DNA from: a virus
Lineage: Duplodnaviria; Caudoviricetes
IMG/VR virus record: IMGVR_UViG_3300013829_000002
Span: 1-43,528 of that record
Strand: one strand, 5' to 3'
Length of the DNA stretch: 43,528 bases
In this document: one piece after another, positions 1 to 7,214 of the stretch
Layout of the letters: every line of letters starts with the position of its first letter
How positions within the stretch are numbered: the first letter of the stretch is position 1
Position numbers and translations under genes: made by a program
The notes under the pieces: model-generated
The model's input: only the letters and a program-made list of their open reading frames with translations
Database searches by the model: none
Told to the model about the DNA's origin: nothing

Positions 1-46
1 TTATTTAGCTCCCTATGATAAATCCACATAGTTAATTTTCAACTTC

Positions 47-55
47 ATTATATCA
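47..55 (+). repeat. Candidate att core, left copy (ATTATATCA)
   Basis: Identical 9-mer at 43457-43465, just past the integrase; flanks diverge. Short, so boundary is tentative. Confidence 0.55.
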
Positions 56-75
56 TGAATTTGTTCATTTTACAA
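47..75 (-). promoter_or_regulatory. Sigma-A-type promoter pointing out of the left prophage end
   Basis: Minus strand TTGTAA (70-75), 17-nt spacer, TATAAT (47-52) with TG extension; AGGGAG RBS-like sequence downstream near position 10. Confidence 0.6.
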
Positions 76-148
76 GTAGCTAAAACACTGTGTTTATGCG
101 GTTTATTGAACTTTTTGAACTCACAAGGAAGGGTTCAGCCACACTGGT

Positions 149-167
149 TAGTAACAAGATAGTAACA
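149..167 (+). repeat. Tandem TAGTAACA pair (11-bp period), putative integrase arm-type sites
   Basis: TAGTAACA at 149-156 and 160-167; similar pair at the right prophage end (43388-43406). Confidence 0.6.
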
Positions 168-171
168 CAGA

Positions 172-1725
172 TTATTTCAGAAGCTTGTTCACCATTGCCT
201 GAACTTCACTGTAATTGTATCCTGCTGCAACCAATCTGTTCTTTCTGTCAACACCGTTTCCCCACTTGCCATTGATTACTTCTTTTGCAATTTCGGTCAC
301 AGATTTCTTGACAGGAATATTTTCAATTGCAACCGCTGTTCCGCTTTCGGTTGTGATGAATGCTTCAAATCCTGATGCTTTCAATTTTTTCATCATTGCA
401 TCCGCATTTGCTTTGACACTGAAAGCACCAACTTGAACCTTGTACAAAGTACCAACCTTGACCATGTAGGTATCAAATCCCTTTGCTTTCAGTTTTGCAG
501 CCAGTGCATTAGCATTTGACTTCACGCTGAATGCCCCTGTCTGCACTCTGTACAGTGTTTTTGTGGGTTCAGGTGTAATTGTACCATACTTTTTGAAAAA
601 GTCCTTTGCAGCGTTTCCTCTTGTCACAGAAGCGGTTTCTTTGCTTCCAGGTGCTTCATAGTAATAGCACATTGTGTGTGCAGCAGTGTAAGCACCTTCT
701 GCTGTATTCGGAACTGATTTCAGGCAATCCCACACTTTTGTGTATGCTTTGATTTCCTGTGCAAAGAAATCAAGCTGCATATTCATACTTCCGATTGAAG
801 CACCAATCTTCTTTGCATAATTCAGAAGGTTCTGTTTTCTTGACCAGTATGTCCACTGAACAAGACCATACCCTGCTGAATCCTTGACAAAGTTTGTATA
901 AGCACCGTTGTCAACAGCTTTGGTGTAACCGTCATCAGTATAACCAAGGCTTTTTTCATAGGTGTTTTGAAGGTTGTTTGATCTGAAAGCAGATTCTGCA
1001 TTGATGTTTGCCAGTACACCACAAGCAGCAGCATCATTCAATCCCAAGACCTGCTTGCAGTAATTGAAAACAGTCTGTTCATTGGTGCTGCCTGTGTAAG
1101 GTTTCTTTTCATCTTCCTTCACAGGTGTCTGCTTGTCCATAGTCTGACCAAAATAATCTGCAATGATTTCAGCTTCTACAACTGCCAACTTTTGAAGGTT
1201 AGCATCCACAATCAGGAAAGCAGAATCTTTGATATTGGTATGGAAGCCATGTTCAAGAATAAATGCTGCCTTGCATCCACTCTGTGCTGCTGCCCTGATA
1301 ACACCATACCAATCAGCACCACTGGATGATTTCCTTGTCATGCTTCCCCTGTAATAATGCCCCATGACTTCTGAAACCTTGTTTCCAAGCTTATCAGCGA
1401 ACACCTTATTCTTTGCATCTGTCAAAGAATAATACATCACTGAACCTGTGGGTTTCGTATCAGAAGCACTTGCAGGTGCATTGCTGTGAAGGGATAAAAA
1501 AAGGGAAGAACCATTCTTCCCTGCTGTCTGTCCTCTTGCTGACAGTGAAGGATCATCACTCAAATTTGGTCTTGTAGTCACAACCTGGAATCCGAACTTT
1601 TCAAGTTCAGCTTTCAGGAAATTTGCAAGCTTCCACATCTGTGTTCCTTCATAATATCCCTTTTGTGGGGGATATGGGTTTCCTGTCTTGCCATGCCCAG
1701 GATCAAGGGTAATTTTAATTGCCAT
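172..1725 (-). CDS. Modular endolysin: Amidase_3 + phage-tail-type lysozyme + SPOR + CW_7 (Cpl-7)
   Basis: LDPGHG/E/LSLHSNA/ILEHGF amidase motifs; ANINAES and GYGLVQWT lysozyme motifs; YRVQTGAFSVKSNA repeats; IAKEVINGKWGNG..RKNRL CW_7 repeat. Confidence 0.9.
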   Translation of the reverse strand: MAIKITLDPGHGKTGNPYPPQKGYYEGTQMWKLANFLKAELEKFGFQVVTTRPNLSDDPSLSARGQTAGKNGSSLFLSLHSNAPASASDTKPTGSVMYYSLTDAKNKVFADKLGNKVSEVMGHYYRGSMTRKSSSGADWYGVIRAAAQSGCKAAFILEHGFHTNIKDSAFLIVDANLQKLAVVEAEIIADYFGQTMDKQTPVKEDEKKPYTGSTNEQTVFNYCKQVLGLNDAAACGVLANINAESAFRSNNLQNTYEKSLGYTDDGYTKAVDNGAYTNFVKDSAGYGLVQWTYWSRKQNLLNYAKKIGASIGSMNMQLDFFAQEIKAYTKVWDCLKSVPNTAEGAYTAAHTMCYYYEAPGSKETASVTRGNAAKDFFKKYGTITPEPTKTLYRVQTGAFSVKSNANALAAKLKAKGFDTYMVKVGTLYKVQVGAFSVKANADAMMKKLKASGFEAFITTESGTAVAIENIPVKKSVTEIAKEVINGKWGNGVDRKNRLVAAGYNYSEVQAMVNKLLK

Positions 1726-1727
1726 GG

Positions 1728-1961
1728 TTATTCACCTTCGCTTTCATCCTTTTTGGTTGCTTCTGCATTTATCCTTGCAGCATCAACCATGCCTTCACCA
1801 ATTATGTAAGCAATCAGTGTGGAAGCTGCTGTGATAAGTGCAACAACCTGTTCAATGGTCAGATCATTCACACCAAAGGCAATCATCAACGCTGTGACAA
1901 AACCAATGACAGCTGCCCAAAACTTTCTGCTTGTTAATTTCTGTTTCCAGTTAATTTTCAT
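1728..1961 (-). CDS. Phage holin
   Basis: KLTSRKFW N-terminus, two hydrophobic segments, directly upstream of endolysin; start probably MKINW. Confidence 0.8.
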   Translation of the reverse strand: MKINWKQKLTSRKFWAAVIGFVTALMIAFGVNDLTIEQVVALITAASTLIAYIIGEGMVDAARINAEATKKDESEGE

Positions 1962-2184
1962 TGTTTTCACCATCCTTCTTTACTTTTGATTTTTTAATAC
2001 TTGAAAGCATCCACAATTCACCTGTTGTAAAAGCAAACCAAGCACCAATTAAGGTCATGGGCTCACTTCCTGTCCTCATGAATATATAAAGAACAGCAGC
2101 AGTGAAAAGGATGTTCAAGAGTACAACCAAAATTACAATAAACTTGGAAAACCTGTTCTTTTTCTTACTCATTTGACACACCAT
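1951..2184 (-). CDS. Small two-TM membrane protein of the lysis module
   Basis: Hydrophobic FSKFIVILVVLLNILF and LIGAWFAFTTGELW segments; basic tail; overlaps neighbours. Confidence 0.7.
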   Translation of the reverse strand: MVCQMSKKKNRFSKFIVILVVLLNILFTAAVLYIFMRTGSEPMTLIGAWFAFTTGELWMLSSIKKSKVKKDGENNEN

Positions 2185-2458
2185 CCTTGAACACCGTCTT
2201 GTTCAGAACTTTCACTTGCTGTTCCGTTTTCACCAAGCGAATGTTGATGTCTTTCATGTCATCTTTGACATTCCGCATATCGTTCTTGATTTCAGAAATG
2301 TCATTCCCAATGTTTTCAAGCTTCACAATCACAGTTGTTAATTGTGAAGCATCATTTCTATCATCTTTTCTGTTGCTTCTTCTCATGTTGCAAACCCCCT
2401 GGTAGATTCCAAATGCCACTGATACACCTGAAATCAGAAGGGCAATTTCGATTGTCAT
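2165..2458 (-). CDS. Membrane-anchored coiled-coil protein (holin-associated)
   Basis: N-terminal TM helix followed by heptad-like stretch; AAAGGGGG RBS. Confidence 0.7.
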   Translation of the reverse strand: MTIEIALLISGVSVAFGIYQGVCNMRRSNRKDDRNDASQLTTVIVKLENIGNDISEIKNDMRNVKDDMKDINIRLVKTEQQVKVLNKTVFKDGVSNE

Positions 2459-2528
2459 ATAGACATACCCCCTTTCTTAAAGTAAACCCCCTGACAAGCC
2501 ACCATTTGACCTGTAAGGGGGTTATCTT

Positions 2529-2551
2529 CGGGGGTATGTCTTAATACCCCC
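2529..2551. terminator. Hairpin between tail and lysis modules
   Basis: GGGGGTAT-gtctta-ATACCCCC inverted repeat; adjacent AACCCCCT..AGGGGGTT repeat at about 2484-2523. Confidence 0.4.
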
Positions 2552-2566
2552 TAATGATTTCAAGTG

Positions 2567-2695
2567 CTATTCTGATGCCAAATCACCGCAGTCAAGGTCA
2601 ATCAGAACCTGTCTGACCTGTTCTTTGATTCTGACAGGCACATCCGCAAAATTCAATTTGCCTTTGATGATAAGTGTTGCATAAATAACTGCCAT
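2567..2695 (-). CDS. Small CD1375/XkdX-like protein (42 aa, MAVIYATLIIKGK...), missing from ORF track
   Basis: Hand translation; GAAAGGA RBS; YAxLIxKG..DVP pattern. Confidence 0.75.
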   Translation of the reverse strand: MAVIYATLIIKGKLNFADVPVRIKEQVRQVLIDLDCGDLASE

Positions 2696-2732
2696 ATTGA
2701 ACACATCCTTTCTTAATAAAAATAGTAACAGC

Positions 2733-2834
2733 CTAAGCATCTAACAATGCTTGAACCGCTGCTTTCAAGCTTTCAGGAACATCATCAATTGTTTTTAGAC
2801 CCTTCCTGATAAGGTCTGCATAAACTTTTGCCAT
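2733..2834 (-). CDS. Small CD1375/XkdX-like protein (33 aa, MAKVYADLIRKGLKTIDDVP...), missing from ORF track
   Basis: Hand translation; paralogous to 2567-2695. Confidence 0.75.
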   Translation of the reverse strand: MAKVYADLIRKGLKTIDDVPESLKAAVQALLDA

Positions 2835-2838
2835 AGTC

Positions 2839-3090
2839 TTAACCCCCAATCAATTCATAAACTTCAACCAGTGCAAGCTGTGTGTCAGTCAATTGAGTGT
2901 CTAACATGCGGATGTATTCATCCTTGGTGTATTGCACCATGTTGAATTCCCAACCGCTGAACACTGCATCACCAACTGTTTCTTCCACTGCCTGGATGTT
3001 TGTGTTTACCCAAACGCTGCTTTCATCAAGCACCATGGGTTCAGGCTTCACTGTGCTTCTTTGCTTTCCATAGTCAACCATTTTGTTCAC
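2839..3090 (-). CDS. Hypothetical phage protein (83 aa), translationally coupled to the RT
   Basis: ATGA overlap with RT stop; C-terminal TDTQLALVEVYE typical of tail-fibre-adjacent proteins. Confidence 0.7.
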   Translation of the reverse strand: MNKMVDYGKQRSTVKPEPMVLDESSVWVNTNIQAVEETVGDAVFSGWEFNMVQYTKDEYIRMLDTQLTDTQLALVEVYELIGG

Positions 3091-4169
3091 GCTGCCTTTC
3101 TTTTAATATTTCTGATGTAATAGTCATCAGCATACTTTTGAATCGGGTCAATGTACTTTGCCTTCAATCGGTAACTGTCACAGTGTATCAACCAACCCTT
3201 GTATGAATTGATTGAACACCATTCTGAAAAACTCATTTCATGACCGCTTTCCACCTTCTTTCTGATTCTCACCATCTTGACCTTCATTTGTTTGCATGTG
3301 GTCTTTCTCAACAGTGAATATCCCAAAAAGATTCTGTATCCAACAAAATCAATGCCCCTGTCAAATGTGGGGAACACCTGCCAGTTTTCCTTGATGGTCA
3401 ACTTCAATTCTGTTCTGAAATAGAAGTCAATTTCTTTCCGTAACTGATGCAGATATTCCTTTGAATCTGACAAAATCACTATGTCATCCATGTAACGGTA
3501 ATAATACTTAACCCCTTTCACTTCTTTCAGCCAGTGGTCAAAGGATGACAGATAATAGTTTCCACTGTATTGTGAAAGGTAATTTCCAATCGGTATGCCC
3601 TTATTACCTGGTGTTGAACCAATGATTTCATCAAGTAACCAAAGCAAGTCATTGTCCTTGAACAACCGCCTGTATTTATCTTTCAGGATGTTGTGGTCAA
3701 TTGAAGGGTAATATTTCTTTGCATCAAGCTTCAAGCAATACTGTGTACCTGGAACATCATTCTGAACAGCATGTTGTATTCGTGTGAACACTTGGTGAAT
3801 CCCTCTGCCTGGTATAGCAGAATAGGTGTCACTGGTGAAGTTTCTTATCAGAATCGGTTCAATGACCTGCAATATTGCCCATTGACAAATGCGGTCAGGA
3901 AAGTAAGGAAGCTTGAATATTTCCCTTTCTTTTCCGCTGTCCTTTTTGATGAAGGTCTTGTATTCAGAAGTTCTGTAAGTGTGGTTAATCAGCATCTGTT
4001 GAAGCTGCCCCAAATAGTATTCAGGGTTTTCATCAACCATTTTTACTTCTGCATACCACCCTTTGCCTTTCTTCGCATTTTGGTGTGCAAGTTTCAGGTT
4101 TTCCATATCACATATTGCTTCCCACAAGGTGCAATTTTGATTATTCAGTGGGTGAATATGTCTTTTCAT
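3087..4169 (-). CDS. DGR reverse transcriptase
   Basis: YYRYMDD catalytic motif; GIPIGNYLSQ (DGR-type SQ motif); KLDAKKYYPSI; GIDFVGY; no maturase or endonuclease domain. Start probably MKRH after AAAGGAAG (track start 4193). Confidence 0.95.
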   Translation of the reverse strand: MKRHIHPLNNQNCTLWEAICDMENLKLAHQNAKKGKGWYAEVKMVDENPEYYLGQLQQMLINHTYRTSEYKTFIKKDSGKEREIFKLPYFPDRICQWAILQVIEPILIRNFTSDTYSAIPGRGIHQVFTRIQHAVQNDVPGTQYCLKLDAKKYYPSIDHNILKDKYRRLFKDNDLLWLLDEIIGSTPGNKGIPIGNYLSQYSGNYYLSSFDHWLKEVKGVKYYYRYMDDIVILSDSKEYLHQLRKEIDFYFRTELKLTIKENWQVFPTFDRGIDFVGYRIFLGYSLLRKTTCKQMKVKMVRIRKKVESGHEMSFSEWCSINSYKGWLIHCDSYRLKAKYIDPIQKYADDYYIRNIKRKAA

Positions 4170-4194
4170 GTGATGGACTTCCTTTGTATGCACA

Positions 4195-4540
4195 ATCGAA
4201 CCGAATCTTCAACTTGAAAAGTTAATTTCAAATTTACCAACACAGTTCAATCATTCTTTTTATATTTTGGCAAGAGCCAGGGCAAGCAGTTTCACATGGT
4301 GTTTATAATAGAACAGCACCCTGTGTTTCAAGGGTGCTGTTTTGTGCATTTACTAAGTGACTGCTGATATTCCGATTACGATTAGAAGGGGTATTATTCA
4401 CATTCCAATTGAAAGTACCAGTATTAGAAGAATTATTCCAATTACTGCCTAATTGAGCAATTAAGCTTTCTTTTGTTTTGTGATTCTACCCTGTAAAAGG
4501 TCAGGACTGCTTGCCCATATTATTAAATTTTCAAGTTACA
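4195..4540 (-). ncRNA. Putative structured DGR RNA (leader + TR + spacer)
   Basis: Non-coding interval with an 11-bp hairpin (4312-4322/4331-4341) and long-range complementary pairs 4280-4290/4506-4516 and 4211-4220/4528-4537; ends approximate. Confidence 0.6.
4347..4462 (-). repeat. DGR template repeat (TR), 116 bp
   Basis: Ungapped alignment to 4556-4671; 27 mismatches, all at minus-strand adenines; 12 AAT codons in the VR frame. Confidence 0.97.
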
Positions 4541-4541
4541 T

Positions 4542-6566
4542 TTACGCAGCAGGTACATACACCAAGCGACCGCCGATATCCCGATAACGAATAGAAGGGG
4601 CAGCAGCCACACTCCAACTGAAAGCACCAGCAGTAGAAGAATCAGCCCAATCACCGCCCAACCGAGCAATTTTATAACCGTTTGATGTAGCTGTCTGATA
4701 GAAGTAATCACCAACAGGCAATGCACTGTCACCAAGTGTTTCAGCAGGTACAAACAACCAGTCATAAGTATCACTGTATGCCATAGCGGAAACATATCCA
4801 TCTTTCGTTGCCAAGGTGATTCCTGCATTGGCATAAGGTGCTGATTGTGTGCTTTCAGCAAAAGTGTTGTCAGCCACATACAGTTCATGAACACTGTTTG
4901 CAATATCGCAATAGATGTTCATGCCATCAGTGAACTTCCAGATGTTACCCCAAAAGTTTTCTTCACCACGATATGTGACAGAAACAAGTCCATTTGTTCC
5001 TGCTGCCATACCTGATGCATTACCAAGAAGGGTTGTTGCACCTGTGATTTCGGATTCATTACCTGTTCCGCTTGCTTTATCTGTTACACCCTTGCCAATG
5101 GCGGTCTGACTGTTCATGCTTGCATATTCAATTATGAAAAGAAGCTGTGAACAAGCTGCTGTTGCTGCATACTGTTGTGACCAACCAGTTCCACGATTTT
5201 CAGCAATGATTCCACACTTTCTTCTTGTCAGGTCTTGTACATTACCTGAAATTGGTTTTACACTTGCAATTGAAGAAAGTATATCACCGCTTTCAGAAGT
5301 GAAGTCAACCGTTTGTGCATCATCCAGGATGAAAGCGGATGCTGAAACATCATAAGCACAACCTTCATAAGCTGACAGGTATATTTTTTCTTTTTCAGCA
5401 CCGTTCTTCACAAAAGCAGGATGCACTTTGAAACCTGCTTTCTTGGTCATGCTGACATAATATCTTGCTTTACGCAGCTTGAAACCTTTACCGATATAAC
5501 CAGGCTGTGTCCTTGTGACAGTTGCGGTCACACCAGTTTCTCCAGTGTCAGTGAATGTGGTTGCGGATTTTGCACCAACTTTGATTGCTGTGAAGGTTAC
5601 GGTTGCACCGCTTCCACCAGTTGTCCAACCTGCAAAGGATGCTGCCTTGACTTTGGTTGCAACACCTGTTGCTGTGTCACCGCTTGCAACTGCAACATTG
5701 AATGCAGTACCATTCAGGGTGATTGTGATGTTTCCGCTTGCGGATGCACCTGCTGTGAAGGCAATGGATGCAATTTCAACTGCATCATTTTTTTCCATCT
5801 TCAAAGGAACAACCTTGTAATAGAACTTCGGTTGCTCAACCATTACTTGACCATTTGAACCATCTTCAATGTATCCTGCATCACCAAAGTAAGCATTGAC
5901 CACACCTGCATCAGACATGTTACATCTTTTTCTGCCACCAAAAGCAAGGAAATTGTTGAAGTCTGCACCTGGTGTTTTTCCAACTGCACCTGCAAGCCTT
6001 GTGAATATTCTGTTTGCAAAGTCAATTTCAACACCATAAACATCATCTTCTGTGTAACCAACATAACCTGCCAGGTCAGCAATTTCTGCATTGATTGCAA
6101 TGACATCTGCCTGTGTAGCAACAGCAGCAGGGTTGACTGTGACTGTCACATTGGAAGCATTTCCAACAGTGATTACAAAGTCAAACAGGATGCCACTGGA
6201 TGTGATGCTGTTGTAAGGGGGCATGTATCCTGCTGTGACTGCTCTTGCCACTGCATAAAGGATTTCACCTTCATCAGGGTCAATTGCATAAAGACCAATG
6301 GTGTTGACTGTGTACCCAGTTCCAAGTGCTGTGTTGTTCAAAGCACCTTTGATGTTCACAGAAACATTGTTGATTCTGCTGATGCTTGAAATATCCGCTG
6401 ACTGTTTGATGTTGGTCAAAGCGGTCAGTGCTTCAAGCTGTCCTTGTGTGTAGACAGTGGTTGATGTTTTGATTGCTGAAAAGTTGCATGTTCCGCTTCC
6501 TGCAATCAGTTTTGACATCAAAGCCTGTCCTTTTGCTGTAATTACAAATGAACTAAATTCTGCCAT
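4542..6566 (-). CDS. Tail fibre / receptor-binding protein, DGR target with C-terminal CLec-like domain
   Basis: N-terminal baseplate-anchoring region (ITAKGQAL..IGLYAIDPDEGEILYAV); ENFWGNIWKFTDG and RLGGDW..GGRL motifs; carries the VR. Confidence 0.9.
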   Translation of the reverse strand: MAEFSSFVITAKGQALMSKLIAGSGTCNFSAIKTSTTVYTQGQLEALTALTNIKQSADISSISRINNVSVNIKGALNNTALGTGYTVNTIGLYAIDPDEGEILYAVARAVTAGYMPPYNSITSSGILFDFVITVGNASNVTVTVNPAAVATQADVIAINAEIADLAGYVGYTEDDVYGVEIDFANRIFTRLAGAVGKTPGADFNNFLAFGGRKRCNMSDAGVVNAYFGDAGYIEDGSNGQVMVEQPKFYYKVVPLKMEKNDAVEIASIAFTAGASASGNITITLNGTAFNVAVASGDTATGVATKVKAASFAGWTTGGSGATVTFTAIKVGAKSATTFTDTGETGVTATVTRTQPGYIGKGFKLRKARYYVSMTKKAGFKVHPAFVKNGAEKEKIYLSAYEGCAYDVSASAFILDDAQTVDFTSESGDILSSIASVKPISGNVQDLTRRKCGIIAENRGTGWSQQYAATAACSQLLFIIEYASMNSQTAIGKGVTDKASGTGNESEITGATTLLGNASGMAAGTNGLVSVTYRGEENFWGNIWKFTDGMNIYCDIANSVHELYVADNTFAESTQSAPYANAGITLATKDGYVSAMAYSDTYDWLFVPAETLGDSALPVGDYFYQTATSNGYKIARLGGDWADSSTAGAFSWSVAAAPSIRYRDIGGRLVYVPAA
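4556..4671 (-). repeat. DGR variable repeat (VR)
   Basis: Encodes IARLGGDWADSSTAGAFSWSVAAAPSIRYRDIGGRLVY at the C-terminus of the tail-fibre protein. Confidence 0.97.
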
Positions 6567-6587
6567 GATATTTTTCCACCTTTCTTT

Positions 6588-7214
6588 TTATATGCTTGTC
6601 GCAATACTAATTATTTCAGTGCTTATAATTGCATTTCCAATCATAGCTTCACTGACTTCATCAAATGTTTCATTGATGTCATTGGTTATGAACTCAATAG
6701 CTGCAAGTGTTATTCCATTTCCAAGTGTCATGTCACCACCTGCTGCACAGTGAAGTTCATTGATTGATTCAACAACCAGGTTGCATGGAAGAACAGTTCT
6801 GAACAAATAAGCCAAGTCATCCTGTTGTCCTTGCTTTTCAAGGTGTGTGACCACCTTGATTTTGTACTGGTCATTGTAAATTGTTATTTGAATGTTACTG
6901 TCACCCTGCAAAGTAGAAAGCTTTGAAATGAATGCTTTCAGTGTGTAGGGAACAACATCATTCCACCTTGTAAGAACTCTTACTTTCCTTGATTCCAAAG
7001 TGTCAGTTGGTAAAGGATATATGCCTAACATGCTTTCAAATCGGGCAATACCCCTTTCATCACAATGCATGATGAAGGTGTTATCCAAGACTACCTGACT
7101 TTCATCACTGACCGCTTGAAATTCGGGGTTTTCAGCGGTCATAATTGCTTGCATTTCCCTATACCCTTGAAGGAAAGGGGGAAGGTAATCAATCAGGTTT
7201 ATTTCTCTGCTCAT
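6588..7214 (-). CDS. Baseplate/tail protein (XkdU/YmfQ/DUF2313-like)
   Basis: LIDYLPPFL N-terminus, DTLESRK, LPCNL; position after baseplate J. Confidence 0.8.
   Translation of the reverse strand: MSREINLIDYLPPFLQGYREMQAIMTAENPEFQAVSDESQVVLDNTFIMHCDERGIARFESMLGIYPLPTDTLESRKVRVLTRWNDVVPYTLKAFISKLSTLQGDSNIQITIYNDQYKIKVVTHLEKQGQQDDLAYLFRTVLPCNLVVESINELHCAAGGDMTLGNGITLAAIEFITNDINETFDEVSEAMIGNAIISTEIISIATSI

Noticed and set aside
146-157. GGTTAGTAACAA (also 43396-43407) as the att core
   Set aside because: Part of a tandem motif that also occurs internally and lies inside both ends, which fits arm-type sites better; not fully excluded
3087-4193. RT as group II intron, retron or Abi RT
   Set aside because: It interrupts no gene, has no maturase/endonuclease extension, carries the SQ motif, and is adjacent to an adenine-specific TR/VR pair
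4305-4485. TR as a translated ORF
   Set aside because: The frame is open but has an upstream TAG and no start codon or RBS
4523-4903. 126-aa minus-strand ORF as a possible avd
   Set aside because: Lies almost wholly inside the target gene in another frame, spans the mutating VR, and shows no Avd-like sequence
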